From the IMG/VR virus record IMGVR_UViG_3300008448_008004, positions 29,829 through 93,828 of that record: DNA of 64,000 nucleotides, one strand, 5' to 3'. A program made the translations under genes and the position numbers. Under the pieces are notes generated by a model. That model ran no database searches. It was not told the DNA's origin and saw nothing but the letters and a program-made list of their open reading frames with translations. This DNA is from a virus. Shown piece by piece: positions 19,706 to 31,400 of the stretch (position 1 is the stretch's first letter; every line of letters starts with the position of its first letter).

Positions 19706-20713
19706 GTGACAAAAACCTTATTGGTTGATGGAAACAATTTAATTAAAATTGGTTTTCATGGTGTGAAAGATTACTTTCACAACGGGCAACATATTGGTGC
19801 TATTTGGCACTTTTTAAATACTTTAAGAAAGTTCATAGATGAAAATAACTATAACAAAGTAGTTGTATTTTGGGATAGTGAAACTAATTCGTCACAAAGA
19901 AGACTTATATACCCTAAATATAAGTTAAATCGACGTGAACCATCTAATGAGTATAAAGAAGAATCTTGTGAAGGTCAAAAACAACGAGTTAAACAATATC
20001 TTGAAGAGATGTTTGTAAGACAAGTTCAAGTTGAACATTCTGAGGCCGATGATTTAATTGCTTATTATTGTCAGATTTCTGAAGACGAGGATAAAACTAT
20101 ATTCTCAAGTGATAGAGACCTTACACAATTAATTTCTGAAAAGGTATCTATCTATTCACCATCCACAAAAAGATATTATAAGATGGGGGACACTATTAAA
20201 ATGAGTGATTTTGAAGTTCCCCATTATAATGTCAAAACAATCAAAATTCTTACTGGAGATAGTTCAGACAACATTGACGGTATTTTCTATTTGGGTGAAA
20301 AAACATTATTCAAGTTTTTTCCTGAGTTACTTGAAAATCACGTTGAATTGTCCGATATTTTGTCTAAAGGAGAAGAGTTACTTAAAGAAAATAAAGATAA
20401 CAAATCATTACAAAATCTTTTATCGGGAAAGACAAAAGAAGGTGTTTTTGGTGAAGAGTTTTATGTCATTAACAAAAAACTTGTAGACCTAAGTGAACCT
20501 TTGATAAATGAAGAGGGTAAAGAACTTGTTCAATCGTATTATTCAGAATCATTAGACCCTGATGGGAGAGGTTATAAGAATCTTATTCGAATGATGATGG
20601 AAGATGGATTATTCAAATACTTACCAAAGAGTGATGATAGTTGGGTTTATTTTTTAAAACCATTTTTAAAGTTAACAAGAAAAGAAAAGTCAAAATTCAA
20701 AAACAAAAAGTAA
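19706..20713 (+). CDS. 5'-3' exonuclease / flap endonuclease (PolA N-terminal or T4 RNase H-like), GTG start
   Basis: LLVDGNN, VVFWD, YKLNR, EADDLIA, SSDRDLTQL, GDSSDNI.GI...GEKT. Confidence 0.9.
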   Translation: MTKTLLVDGNNLIKIGFHGVKDYFHNGQHIGAIWHFLNTLRKFIDENNYNKVVVFWDSETNSSQRRLIYPKYKLNRREPSNEYKEESCEGQKQRVKQYLEEMFVRQVQVEHSEADDLIAYYCQISEDEDKTIFSSDRDLTQLISEKVSIYSPSTKRYYKMGDTIKMSDFEVPHYNVKTIKILTGDSSDNIDGIFYLGEKTLFKFFPELLENHVELSDILSKGEELLKENKDNKSLQNLLSGKTKEGVFGEEFYVINKKLVDLSEPLINEEGKELVQSYYSESLDPDGRGYKNLIRMMMEDGLFKYLPKSDDSWVYFLKPFLKLTRKEKSKFKNKK

Positions 20714-20717
20714 AATT

Positions 20718-21170
20718 ATGAAAGAACAAAACGACGTAACAAAAGTTGAATTTCTTATAACACTAAATGATAATTTCGTGGTTCAAAGATTTTTTAACGT
20801 TAAAGGTTATAATCCTAAAACAAAAGGAAGTGTAGAATTGATAAACTACATGTATGGGCTAAGAGAAGATTTAAAAAACCAACTTCGCAACAAATGTGCG
20901 GTTTATATGTTGGAAAATAGATTTCAAATTGAAGAAGACTCAAGTGTTTTAGAAACATCAAATACAGACGGTCCTGAAAGATTTAACATTATTTTAAGAA
21001 TCGGAAATGAGACAATTTGTCATTATATTATTGACGCTAAATTATACCCCCCAAAGGTAAGATATACGCTGGATGTAAGACCATCAATAAAAAACATATT
21101 GAAGAACCTTACTGACATTTTTTCAGCTAAAAATTTATCTTACAACTATATGAATTATTCGTTAATCTAA
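20718..21170 (+). CDS. Hypothetical protein in the replication operon
   Basis: 150-aa ORF packed between the exonuclease and helicase genes. Confidence 0.7.
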   Translation: MKEQNDVTKVEFLITLNDNFVVQRFFNVKGYNPKTKGSVELINYMYGLREDLKNQLRNKCAVYMLENRFQIEEDSSVLETSNTDGPERFNIILRIGNETICHYIIDAKLYPPKVRYTLDVRPSIKNILKNLTDIFSAKNLSYNYMNYSLI

Positions 21171-21210
21171 TCATATTTATCATATACAACAATTAAAAAA
21201 ATCAAAAAAT

Positions 21211-22599
21211 ATGTCAGATAAAAAAAGCTTTGGATACCTGGGAAACACTTTTCAAATTCAATTATTGAATAACATTATACTATATAAAGATTTCTCAAAT
21301 TCCATCCTTGAAGTTATCGACCCACACTATTTTGACAACCAATATTTTAGAATTATTTGTCAAATGATTAAGGAATATTATTCCAAATATGAACATACCC
21401 CAACCTTTGATACATTAGAGCAGTTAACAAAATCGGAGGTTTCATCACCAATGGCTCAAAAAAGTATTTTAGATACCTTAGACCAAGTAAAAAACGTATC
21501 AGACGAAGGTTCAATGTTTGTTCAAGAAAAGTCACTTAAATTCTGTAAACAACAAGAACTACAGAAAGTTATGACTAAAGCCCAATCAATTATTGATAAA
21601 GGTGAATTTGAAAGTTATGACCACTTAGAAGAAATGGTTAGAGGAGCGTTACAAGTTGGTGAAGTAGATAAAGGGACAACCGATGTTTTCTTCAACCTTG
21701 ATGAGGTTTTAGATGACGATTATAGACACCCCATTCCAATTGGAGTTCCAGGTATTGACAATCTTCTTCGTGGCGGTTTGGCAAAAGGAGAAATTGGTGT
21801 TATCTTAGCACCCACAGGTGTAGGTAAATCAACTTTCACTACAAAAATTGCTAACCATGCATTTAATTTAGGTTATAATGTTTTACAAGTGTTTTTTGAG
21901 GATAACCCAAAAATCATACAAAGAAAACATATTACACTTTGGACTGGAATGCATCCTGATGATTTAACTGAAAACAGAGATGATGTAGTAGAAAAAGTTA
22001 GACACATTCAATCAACTATGAAAAATAAGTTGATATTGAAAAAGTTACCTTCGGATACGGTAACAATGAACCAAATAAAAAATCAAGTTAGAAAAATGAT
22101 AGCCGAAGGAACAAAGATTGATGTTATCATTTTAGACTATATTGATTGTGTGGTTCCTGATAAAATGTTAAGTGATGAGTGGAAAAGTGAAGGTTCAGTA
22201 ATGAGAGCATTTGAGGCTATGTGTCATGAATTAGATATTGCCGGTTGGACTGCAACTCAGGGTAATAGAAATTCAATATCATCTGAAGTTGTTACTACAG
22301 ACCAAATGGGTGGGTCAATTAAAAAGGCACAAGTGGGTCACGTAATTATAACTGTCGCTAAAAGTTTACAACAAAAAGAAATGAACTTAGCGACGATAGC
22401 AATTACAAAATCAAGAATTGGAAAAGACGGTATTGTCTTTGAAAACTGTAAGTTTGATAATGCAATGCTTGATATAGACACAGAACAAAGTGTAACGTTC
22501 TTAGGTTTAGAAGAACAAAAAGAAGAAAAAAATAGAAATAGAGTTCGAGAGCTTTTAGAAAAGAAAAAGCAGAAAGAACAAGAATCAAAAAGTAATTAA
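21211..22599 (+). CDS. dnaB: Replicative DNA helicase, DnaB/T4 gp41-like
   Basis: GGL..GE.G...[26 protein letters not shown] and KSR.G. Confidence 0.9.
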   Translation: MSDKKSFGYLGNTFQIQLLNNIILYKDFSNSILEVIDPHYFDNQYFRIICQMIKEYYSKYEHTPTFDTLEQLTKSEVSSPMAQKSILDTLDQVKNVSDEGSMFVQEKSLKFCKQQELQKVMTKAQSIIDKGEFESYDHLEEMVRGALQVGEVDKGTTDVFFNLDEVLDDDYRHPIPIGVPGIDNLLRGGLAKGEIGVILAPTGVGKSTFTTKIANHAFNLGYNVLQVFFEDNPKIIQRKHITLWTGMHPDDLTENRDDVVEKVRHIQSTMKNKLILKKLPSDTVTMNQIKNQVRKMIAEGTKIDVIILDYIDCVVPDKMLSDEWKSEGSVMRAFEAMCHELDIAGWTATQGNRNSISSEVVTTDQMGGSIKKAQVGHVIITVAKSLQQKEMNLATIAITKSRIGKDGIVFENCKFDNAMLDIDTEQSVTFLGLEEQKEEKNRNRVRELLEKKKQKEQESKSN

Positions 22600-22612
22600 T
22601 TTAAATTTTATT

Positions 22613-23560
22613 ATGGAAAAAATATTAACAGAAAATCCTGGTCGGTTCGTTATCTTCCCAATTGAACACAATGATATATGGGAATTTTACAAACAACACC
22701 AAGCAGCGTTTTGGACCGCTGAAGAAATCGATTTAACAAATGACATCAGAGATTGGGAATCTCTTACTGAGAATGAACAATATTTTGTTAAAAATGTTTT
22801 ATCATTTTTTGCGGCATCTGATGGTATCGTAAATGAAAATTTAGCCGAAAACTTTTATAGAGAGGTTCAATACCCTGAGGCTAAATTCTTTTATGGGATG
22901 CAATTAGCAATGGAAAACATTCACTCACTTATGTATTCATTATTGATTGACACTTACATCAATAATCCAAAAGAAAAGGATGAATGTTTTAACGCGATTG
23001 ATAGATTACCTGCAGTTCAAAAGAAAGCTAAGTGGGCTTTAGAGTGGATTGAAAATGCTTCGTTTGCTGAAAGATTAGTTGCGTTCGCCGCGGTTGAAGG
23101 TATCTTTTTTTCAGGTTCATTCTGTTCAATCTTTTGGTTGAAATCAAGAGGTATTATGCAAGGACTATGTAACGCTAACTCACTTATTTTTAAAGATGAA
23201 AATTTACATTGTGATTTTGCAATTCACTTATTGAATAATCACGTAGAAAAAAGACCATCAGAAAAAAGAATAAAAGAAATTATTTTGTCAGCTTTAGAAA
23301 TTGAAAAAGAATTTATCACAGAATCTCTACCTGTTTCTTTAATTGGTATGAATTCTAATTTAATGAAACAATATTTGGAATTTGTTGTTGATGGATTATT
23401 AGTTAAGTTAGGTTGTTCTAAAGAATTTAACGTTGAACAACCCTTTAAATTCATGGAACAAATCGCTGTGGAAACAAAAGGTAATTTCTTTGAGTCTAGA
23501 ACAGTTGAATACCAAAAAGCGAAGTTAAACGAAACCATAACATTTACAGACGATTTTTAA
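22613..23560 (+). CDS. nrdB: Ribonucleotide reductase class Ia beta subunit
   Basis: [44 protein letters not shown] and NFFE. Confidence 0.95.
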   Translation: MEKILTENPGRFVIFPIEHNDIWEFYKQHQAAFWTAEEIDLTNDIRDWESLTENEQYFVKNVLSFFAASDGIVNENLAENFYREVQYPEAKFFYGMQLAMENIHSLMYSLLIDTYINNPKEKDECFNAIDRLPAVQKKAKWALEWIENASFAERLVAFAAVEGIFFSGSFCSIFWLKSRGIMQGLCNANSLIFKDENLHCDFAIHLLNNHVEKRPSEKRIKEIILSALEIEKEFITESLPVSLIGMNSNLMKQYLEFVVDGLLVKLGCSKEFNVEQPFKFMEQIAVETKGNFFESRTVEYQKAKLNETITFTDDF

Positions 23561-23570
23561 ATTATAAACT

Positions 23571-26000
23571 ATGTCATTAAAAATTAATAAAAGAGGAGGG
23601 GAAAGTGCTTCATTTAACCCACAAAAAATTTACAATAGAGTAAAACGTGCGGCAAAAAGCCTTAGCGTAAACTCCGATGAAATATTCATCAAAGTGATAA
23701 CGTCAGTACCAACTGAGGGTGAGATTACAACAAAAGAGTTGGATAAATTGATATATGAAATCGCTGCATCATATACTGGTAGTCACCACGACTATTCCAG
23801 ATTGGCATCATCAGTTGCTATTTCATCATATCATAAAGAAACAAATGATAGTTTTTCACAAACTATGATGTTACTATATGAGGATGGTGTTGTTAATGAA
23901 AAATTAATTGAAACAATTAAAGAATATGGTGAAGACACTATTGACGCAGTTATCAACCATGAAAATGACTATAATTTTGATTACTTTGCTTGGCGTTCAT
24001 TACAAGAAATGTATTTGTTAAAAAGACCAAACGGACAAGTAATTGAAAGACCTCAACATATGTATATGAGAGTTGCTTTATGGGTTACGGATTCTTTTGA
24101 GGCTGCCGCTGAATATTATAAATCGTTGTCCAACCAATTGATTTCAAAGGCAACCCCAATCATGATTAATGCTGGAACTAAGGTTCCCCAACTTGCTTCT
24201 TGTGTATTACATTATAATAATTCAGATTCAAGAGACGGTTTACTTGGAACACTTAATGATATATCAACATTCTCATCAGACGCTGCAGGTATTGGTTTAT
24301 CCATGTCTAACATCAGAAGTAAAGAAAGTAGAATTTCATCATCAGGTGGTTATGCAGGAGGATTGTTAAAATATTTAAAAATTGTTAATGAGTCATTAAG
24401 ATACTTTAACCAACAAGGAAGAAGACCGGGAAGTGCTGCGATATACATCGAACCATGGCACAAAGACATTATTGATTTATTAGATATTAAAAAGAACACA
24501 GGTGCTGAAGAATTAAGAGCTCGTGATTTATTTACAGCAATTTGGATTCCCGATAACTTTATGAGAGCGGTAAAAAATAATTCAGATTGGTATTTGTTTT
24601 GCCCTAATGACATCATTAAGGCCGGTTTAAAACCTTTACAAGAATGTTACGGAGAGGAATATGAAGAAATGTATAATAGAGCAGTTCAAATGGGGTTAGG
24701 TAAAAAAGTATCTGCTCAAACTATTTGGAGTAAAATTATTGAATCACAAATTGAAACTGGTGTTCCTTATTTATGTTCTAAAGATAATGCTAATAAAAAA
24801 ACCAATCATCAAAATATTGGTGTAATTAAACAATCCAATCTTTGTAATGAGATTTACCAATATACCGACGAAAAGACGACAGCGATTTGTACTCTTTCAT
24901 CTATGGTCCTTAAAAACTTTGTTGAGGGCGGTAAATTTAACTTTGAGTTGTTATTTAACGAAGTTAGAAAAGTTGTTAGAGCTTTGAATAAAGTTGTTGA
25001 TATTAATAACTATTCAACTGAAAAAGGTAGAAAGGGTGGTTTAGAACAAAGAGCAATCGCGATTGGAACTCAAGGTTTAGCCGATGTATTCTATTTAATG
25101 GATTATATATTCACATCAGAGGAAGCTAAAAAATTAAATAAAGATATTTTTGAAACTATCTATTATGCCGCTATTTTTGAAAGTAACCAACTTTGTAAAG
25201 AAGGTAAGTATCAACAATACACATACTTCAATAATTCACCAATGTCAAAAGGTATTTTCCAATATGATATGTGGGGATTAAATGAAGACAATCTTTCAGG
25301 AATGTGGGATTGGGATAAGTTAAAAGAAAATGTTAAAGAACATGGAATTTGTAATTCATTATTCACCGCTCAAATGCCGGTAGCGTCTTCTGCTAAGATT
25401 ACAGGTTCATTTGAAATGACCGAACCTGCACACTCGGCGTTATTTAATAGAAGAGTTGTGGGTGGTGAAATTATGATTGTTAACAAATACCTTATTAATG
25501 ACTTTGAAAAAATTGGTATTTGGTGTGAGGATTTGAAAAATGAAATAATCATCAACGAAGGGTCAATTCAGAATATCAACTTCAATAATTACTTAGATAG
25601 TGAAGATAAAAATTACAATAAAAAAGTTAAACGAATTGAACATTTAATACCTAAATACAAAACTATTTGGGAGATTTCACAAAAACAACTTATTGATATG
25701 GCAGCCGACAGAGCACCATTTATCGACCAATCCCAATCGATGAATATTTACATGGCTAACCCAACATTATCAAAGATTACCTCATCTCACTTTCATGCAT
25801 GGGAAAGAGGATTAAAAACACTTTGTTATTATGTTAGAACGAAGGCTATTTCAACGGGAGCAAAACATTTAGCTTTGGATATGTCAAAAAAAGAAAAACC
25901 AAAAGTTAAATTCGAAACACCAACGGTAGATTATTCAAATATAAATTTACCACCAAAACCTGAAAATTCAGATTTCGATTGTTTTGGTTGTTCTTCTTAA
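23571..26000 (+). CDS. nrdA: Ribonucleotide reductase class Ia alpha subunit with ATP cone
   Basis: N-terminal KR.G...F...KI ATP cone, ERPQH, QLASC, SNLCNEI, ICTL, DQSQSMN, GLKT..YY.R and C-terminal CFGC. Confidence 0.95.
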   Translation: MSLKINKRGGESASFNPQKIYNRVKRAAKSLSVNSDEIFIKVITSVPTEGEITTKELDKLIYEIAASYTGSHHDYSRLASSVAISSYHKETNDSFSQTMMLLYEDGVVNEKLIETIKEYGEDTIDAVINHENDYNFDYFAWRSLQEMYLLKRPNGQVIERPQHMYMRVALWVTDSFEAAAEYYKSLSNQLISKATPIMINAGTKVPQLASCVLHYNNSDSRDGLLGTLNDISTFSSDAAGIGLSMSNIRSKESRISSSGGYAGGLLKYLKIVNESLRYFNQQGRRPGSAAIYIEPWHKDIIDLLDIKKNTGAEELRARDLFTAIWIPDNFMRAVKNNSDWYLFCPNDIIKAGLKPLQECYGEEYEEMYNRAVQMGLGKKVSAQTIWSKIIESQIETGVPYLCSKDNANKKTNHQNIGVIKQSNLCNEIYQYTDEKTTAICTLSSMVLKNFVEGGKFNFELLFNEVRKVVRALNKVVDINNYSTEKGRKGGLEQRAIAIGTQGLADVFYLMDYIFTSEEAKKLNKDIFETIYYAAIFESNQLCKEGKYQQYTYFNNSPMSKGIFQYDMWGLNEDNLSGMWDWDKLKENVKEHGICNSLFTAQMPVASSAKITGSFEMTEPAHSALFNRRVVGGEIMIVNKYLINDFEKIGIWCEDLKNEIIINEGSIQNINFNNYLDSEDKNYNKKVKRIEHLIPKYKTIWEISQKQLIDMAADRAPFIDQSQSMNIYMANPTLSKITSSHFHAWERGLKTLCYYVRTKAISTGAKHLALDMSKKEKPKVKFETPTVDYSNINLPPKPENSDFDCFGCSS

Positions 26001-26073
26001 TCACGACACTAATCCCGACACTATGTCGGGATTTTTTATTTAATAACTATTTATTGAAAATATCACGACACTA
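26000..26073 (+). repeat. Three copies of the 12-bp direct repeat ATC(A/C)CGACACTA
   Basis: At 26000, 26012 (one mismatch) and 26062, in the nrdA-gp25 spacer. Confidence 0.8.
26011..26037 (+). terminator. Rho-independent terminator after nrdA
   Basis: AATCCCGACA-CTA-TGTCGGGATT plus Ts. Confidence 0.85.
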
Positions 26074-26081
26074 TATTTATC
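26048..26081 (+). promoter_or_regulatory. Two TATTTAT putative late-promoter motifs
   Basis: TATTTATT at 26048 and TATTTATC at 26074, between the terminator and ATG 26086. Confidence 0.55.
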
Positions 26082-26085
26082 TAAT

Positions 26086-26550
26086 ATGGCAAACGGAATA
26101 ACATATGGTATACATTTTCCATTTTTACAAAGCGAAAAGGGAAATTACTTAAAGTTGACGGAAACGACTGATGAAGAAATCAGGACCGACCTAATACATT
26201 TGCTTATGACCCGAAGAGGAACAAGATATTTTTTACCTGATTTTGGAACAAGATTGTATGAATATATTTTTGAACCTTTAGATGGCGCAACCTTTGAAGA
26301 AATTAGGGCTGAAATCCAAGAACAGGTTGATAAATACATTCCTAACCTTACAATTAATAGTATTACTGTTGAATCATATAACGATAGTGGTGATGTTGCA
26401 GGACAATTGGATTATGAATTATTGGGGCAAGCGAGTATTTATCGCATACCGGGAGCGAATACTGCAGAGTACAGTGCAAAAATAAAAATTGACTATACAA
26501 ATGACGCAAGGGCTTTTGGTAGTAGACAGTTTGTGATAATCAACATATAA
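26086..26550 (+). CDS. Baseplate wedge subunit / sheath initiator, gp25-like
   Basis: I...L..LL.T.RG.R...PDFG..L..YIFEP. Confidence 0.9.
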   Translation: MANGITYGIHFPFLQSEKGNYLKLTETTDEEIRTDLIHLLMTRRGTRYFLPDFGTRLYEYIFEPLDGATFEEIRAEIQEQVDKYIPNLTINSITVESYNDSGDVAGQLDYELLGQASIYRIPGANTAEYSAKIKIDYTNDARAFGSRQFVIINI

Positions 26551-26551
26551 T

Positions 26552-28390
26552 ATGGCAAATAACAAAATTAATTACACGGATAGGGATTTTGAATCCATAA
26601 GAGACGGGTTAATAAATTACACTAAACAGTATTACCCCGAACTTATTCAAAACTTTAACGACGCATCTGTGTTTTCGGTTTTGATGGATTTGAATGCTGC
26701 GGTCGCAGATAACTTACATTACCATATTGATAGAAGTATACAAGAAACGGTATTACAATATGCTCAACAAAAATCTTCAATTTATAATATTGCAAGAACT
26801 TATGGTTTAAAAATACCGGGGTATAGACCATCTGTTGCTGTGGTAGATATTTCAATTACAGTTCCACCTTTAGGGGATGCTGAAGATTATAGATATTTAG
26901 GGATTTTAAGGGCAGGGTCGCAATTTAATGGTGGAGGAACTACATTTGAAACGGTATATGATATTGATTTTTCAACACAATACAATCAAGAAGGTGAAGT
27001 TAATAGAACGAAAGTTCCAACTTTTGACGCTAATAATAAAATTATAAATTACATTATTACCAAAAGAGAGGTTGTTGTTAATGGAACTACAAAAGTTTTT
27101 AAAAGAGTTATAAACGCAACCGATGTTGTCCCATTCTTTAATTTCTTTTTACCCGAAAGAAACGTATTGGGGGTAAATGCGATAATACAAAGAGACGGAA
27201 CAAGTTACCCTAATGTACCAAATTATGGAGAGTTTTTAACCGCTAATAATAAATGGTATGAAGTTGACGCATTGGCAGAAGACACTGTTTTTATTGAAGA
27301 CCCGACTAAACCTGTAGATAATGCGGGTATAAAAGTTGGTAAATATATTAAAACTGAAAACAGATTTATTACCGAATACACACCTGAAGGTTTTTTAAAA
27401 ATACAATTTGGTGGAGGAACAACAACACCTAATATACAACTTGCTAATTTTGCAAAACAAGGTATTAATTTAGATTTGGCTAATTACCAAAACAATATTG
27501 GACTTGGACTTACCGTCCAACCAAATACCACAATATTTGTTCAGTATAGAACTGGAGGTGGTTTAGCGTCTAATGTTGGTGTAGGGGTAATCAATCAAGT
27601 AGGAACTATTGATTTTGCGGTTAATGGACCTTCAGATTCTATTAACTCTAATGTGTTAAACTCTTTAGTGGTGAATAATGTAACTGCAGCAATTGGAGGA
27701 GCCAACCCACCCTCAACTGAAGAAGTTAGAAACATGGTCGCATTTAATTTTGCGGCACAAAGAAGGGCAGTTACCGTTAATGATTATAAATCGTTAATTG
27801 ATACGATGCCAGGAAAATTTGGAGCACCTGCAAAGGTTGCAATTACAGAAAACAATAATAAAATAACAGTTCAAATATTGTCTTATGACCAAACAGGTAA
27901 ATTAACACAAATAGTATCAAACAATTTAAAAACAAATTTGGCAACATATCTTTCTAAATTTAGAATGATAAACGACTATATACAAATTGATGTGGCAAAG
28001 GTTATTGATTTAGCTTTTGATATCTATGTGGTTGTGGAGTCAAGCGTTAATAGAGGTCAGGTTATTACTGAACTAATTAACCAAGTTTCAAATTACATGT
28101 CACCCGAAAATAGAGATATGGGTGAAAATGTTAATATTTCGGATATAAGAAGATTAATTCAAAACACCGCTGGTGTTATAAGTTTAAGTAAATTACAAGT
28201 GTTTAATAAAGTTGGGGGACAATACTCGACTTCTGAGACATCTCAAAGATATCTTAATAAAGCGACAAAAGAAATAGAATTAATTGATGATAATATATTT
28301 GCAGAACCAACACAAATATATCAAGTTAGATTTGATAATAAAGACATTAGGGTTTTTGTTAAAAATCTAACCTCAGTAGATTTTACATAA
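26552..28390 (+). CDS. Baseplate wedge subunit, T4 gp6 / baseplate J-like
   Basis: YTDRDF..I...L, SIYNIA...G, I.FG.G, V.YR.GGG...N, A.GG and Q.RAVT..DY. Confidence 0.85.
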   Translation: MANNKINYTDRDFESIRDGLINYTKQYYPELIQNFNDASVFSVLMDLNAAVADNLHYHIDRSIQETVLQYAQQKSSIYNIARTYGLKIPGYRPSVAVVDISITVPPLGDAEDYRYLGILRAGSQFNGGGTTFETVYDIDFSTQYNQEGEVNRTKVPTFDANNKIINYIITKREVVVNGTTKVFKRVINATDVVPFFNFFLPERNVLGVNAIIQRDGTSYPNVPNYGEFLTANNKWYEVDALAEDTVFIEDPTKPVDNAGIKVGKYIKTENRFITEYTPEGFLKIQFGGGTTTPNIQLANFAKQGINLDLANYQNNIGLGLTVQPNTTIFVQYRTGGGLASNVGVGVINQVGTIDFAVNGPSDSINSNVLNSLVVNNVTAAIGGANPPSTEEVRNMVAFNFAAQRRAVTVNDYKSLIDTMPGKFGAPAKVAITENNNKITVQILSYDQTGKLTQIVSNNLKTNLATYLSKFRMINDYIQIDVAKVIDLAFDIYVVVESSVNRGQVITELINQVSNYMSPENRDMGENVNISDIRRLIQNTAGVISLSKLQVFNKVGGQYSTSETSQRYLNKATKEIELIDDNIFAEPTQIYQVRFDNKDIRVFVKNLTSVDFT

Positions 28391-28444
28391 GATTATTTAT
28401 TTCCGTAATGTCTTACCTATTTTTTTTAAAATGGGCAAAATAAC

Positions 28445-28452
28445 TATTTATT
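28445..28452 (+). promoter_or_regulatory. TATTTATT putative late-promoter motif (a second copy is at 28394)
   Basis: 12 nt before ATG 28465. Confidence 0.5.
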
Positions 28453-28464
28453 TTTAAAAGACTA

Positions 28465-31400
28465 ATGACCAAAAGCTATAGGATAAGAACAGCACCTGGA
28501 ACTGACAAAAACATAAGAGTTAATATCAACCAAGATTTTGACTTCTTGGAAATTTTATCATTAAAATTAAGACAAGAAGATGTTTATACTAGATTCTGTG
28601 CTGACTATGGTGTTGTAACAGGTAGGGTCATTGTAAATGGTGGATACGGTGTCCCAAACGCCAATGTATCAATTTTTGTTCCTTTAGATAGTGTTGATGA
28701 AAATGACCCAGTAATTTCCACACTTTACCCTTATAGGAATGTAGACCAAAAAAATGAAGATGGTTATAGATATAATCTTTTACCATATAGAAAAGAATAT
28801 GACGGGCATACACCAACAGGAACATTTCCCGATAGAGAAGATATTTTGACAAGAACTGAAGTTTTAGAAGTTTATGAAAAATATTACAAGTATACCGTAA
28901 AAACAAATGAAAGTGGTGACTTCATGATTATTGGAGCACCTCTTGGTTTGCAAACATTAACTTTAGATTTAGACCTATCAAATATAGGTTGTTTTTCTTT
29001 AAGGCCCGCCGATTTAATTAGAGCGGGTTTGGGAACTCCCGAACAATTTAATGGAGACCAATTTAAATCGTCAACAGATTTAAGTTCGTTACCACAATTA
29101 GTCAACATAAGACAAGATATTGAAGTTAGCTCTTTTTGGGGTGAGAATGAAATATGTAATATTGGTATTACAAGAGCGGACTTTGACCTTCGTGATTTTG
29201 GAATTGAAATTAAACCACATGCTATTTTTATGGGGTCATTATTTTCTTCATCCGATGAAGACTTCTTAAAAACAAATTGTAAACCAGGAAAAGACACGGG
29301 TAAACTATGTGATTTGGTAACGGCACCTGGTAGTATATTAGCCGTTAGACAAACTATTGATTACGATGCGGATGGAAGACCTATTCTTGAAAGATACACG
29401 TTACCTGACGGAGGAAAAGTTATTGATGATGAAGGAACATGGTTGGTTGAAGTTCCTATGAACTTGGACTATGTTACCACAAATGAATTTGGTGAACAAG
29501 TAATATCTAATGACCCAAATGTAGGTATACCAACAAAAGGTAAATATCGTTTTAGAATTCAATACCAAAATGAATCTGGTATGGCAAATTCCATAATGAG
29601 AGGTGACTACTTGGTCCCTAACGTAAAAGAATGGGGATGGTCGTTAAATAACGATGACGAACCAACAGATTTAAATGCCCAACTATATTCATATGCTTTT
29701 AGTTTAGATTGGAATGATTATGGTGATGATACCACAACTATTGGTCAACAAATGATACAAGAGGCTATTGATTGTGAAGATAGATTCTATGAGTTTAATT
29801 ATAATAAGGTTTATACAATTTCAAACTTTATTGATAGATGGAAATGGGGAGCAAATAGATTAAAACATTTAGGTATTAAAGATATTACTGATAGAACTTG
29901 TACTAATACTGTTAATAAGTTTCCTGTTAATGATGGTGTAAGAAATTTTGATTTTTTGGTTTTTATTATGAACCTATTAATCACAATTTTAACACCACAA
30001 TTTGTTAGTCTTATCGTAATATTACACGTCTTAGCCGTATTATATCCTGTTCTTAGAGTTGTTATTAATTTGATTTTATGGATAGTTAATACTTTAGTTT
30101 ATGCGATATGTATTGTTGTAGCGGCACTTAGTAAAAAACTTAAAAAGGAAGATTGTAAAAAACAAAATATCCAACCATTAAGTAAGGATAATCCATTCAA
30201 AAGAATTTCATTGCCGATGATGTCATATCCTGACTGTGAAGCTTGTCCTTGTGAGGATGTGGAGTTAGCTGAAGGAGATACGGGATTCCAAGAGAGTGCA
30301 ACTATAACAATATCGGCAAATAACTTTAGTCCATTATCTGATTTAAGTTCTATTGCATCATTTACATCATACAATAGTGCTCAATCGGTAAATTCGTCAA
30401 ATCCTGAATCTTTTAATAATGGAATAAGACAAGTATTTGCGGGGTATCAATACCAATCATTAAATAATAATTTTGATAAATTAATAAAAACCCCAATTAC
30501 TCAATTTCCAGTTCAAGGTGCCGTTACATGGGCTGGATTTGATGTTCAATTGGCTCAGTCAATGAACTTAGCTAATGTTAGACAAAGGTATTTTGATGGT
30601 GAAAACCACATTAAAACAACGGTTAGAAATATTAACCCATCAACAAATCTTGTCGACCCATCAACTACTTTTGATGATAGTGTGTTGATTATTTTATGTG
30701 ATTCAGGAACCATTGCAAATTTACCAAATTCACAGTTAGTAACATTCACAGATTTAACAACCATTAATGACCCTAACGTTTCTGGTTTATCAACAACAAA
30801 CCAATTTAATACAAACAATGTAACGGGTTCAACACCGTATAACGCAACGGGATTAGTTAATAAACAAATTAATTGGATTGGAACAGGAGGGACTGTTCAA
30901 AATGGTATATTAAAATTAAGTATCACTGAAAATGGTAAAGAGTATAAATTTAAAGGAGGTGTGGAATACTTCCAAGTTTTAACAGGAGGAACAATACAAC
31001 AATTCTCAGGAATTACAAACACCACAGGTGGACTACTTAATAAGTATTTATTTCAAAAAACACAAGCATATACATACGGTGGATATTTATCATTTCCCGC
31101 AGTGAATGAATATGTTTTCCCGATTAAATTTTTAGATGGATTTGAAGATTTAGAAATAATAATCCTATCAAGAGGAGTTGACCCATACACCCAAAAACAA
31201 AACATTAGATACGACTTATCAAGATTGTTTGGTTATTCTTTTGGTTCAGGACCGGTAATTGAGGGTTCATATTATCTTAATATCCCAATTAAGCCAAACA
31301 CAGGGCCTGCAACAAGTTTTTCTTTTTACCCTTGGCATAGTTCATATATTACACCAGAAACGCATAAAATTACAGATAACACCAACACATCCCTTTATCA

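Noticed and set aside
18677-26000. Inteins, introns or homing endonucleases in recA, dnaB or nrdAB
   Set aside because: Lengths are ordinary, motifs are continuous, and no splice motifs are visible
26066-26083. Possible NrdR box (ACACTATATTT...)
   Set aside because: Only the left half matches, it is not palindromic, and it lies downstream of nrdA
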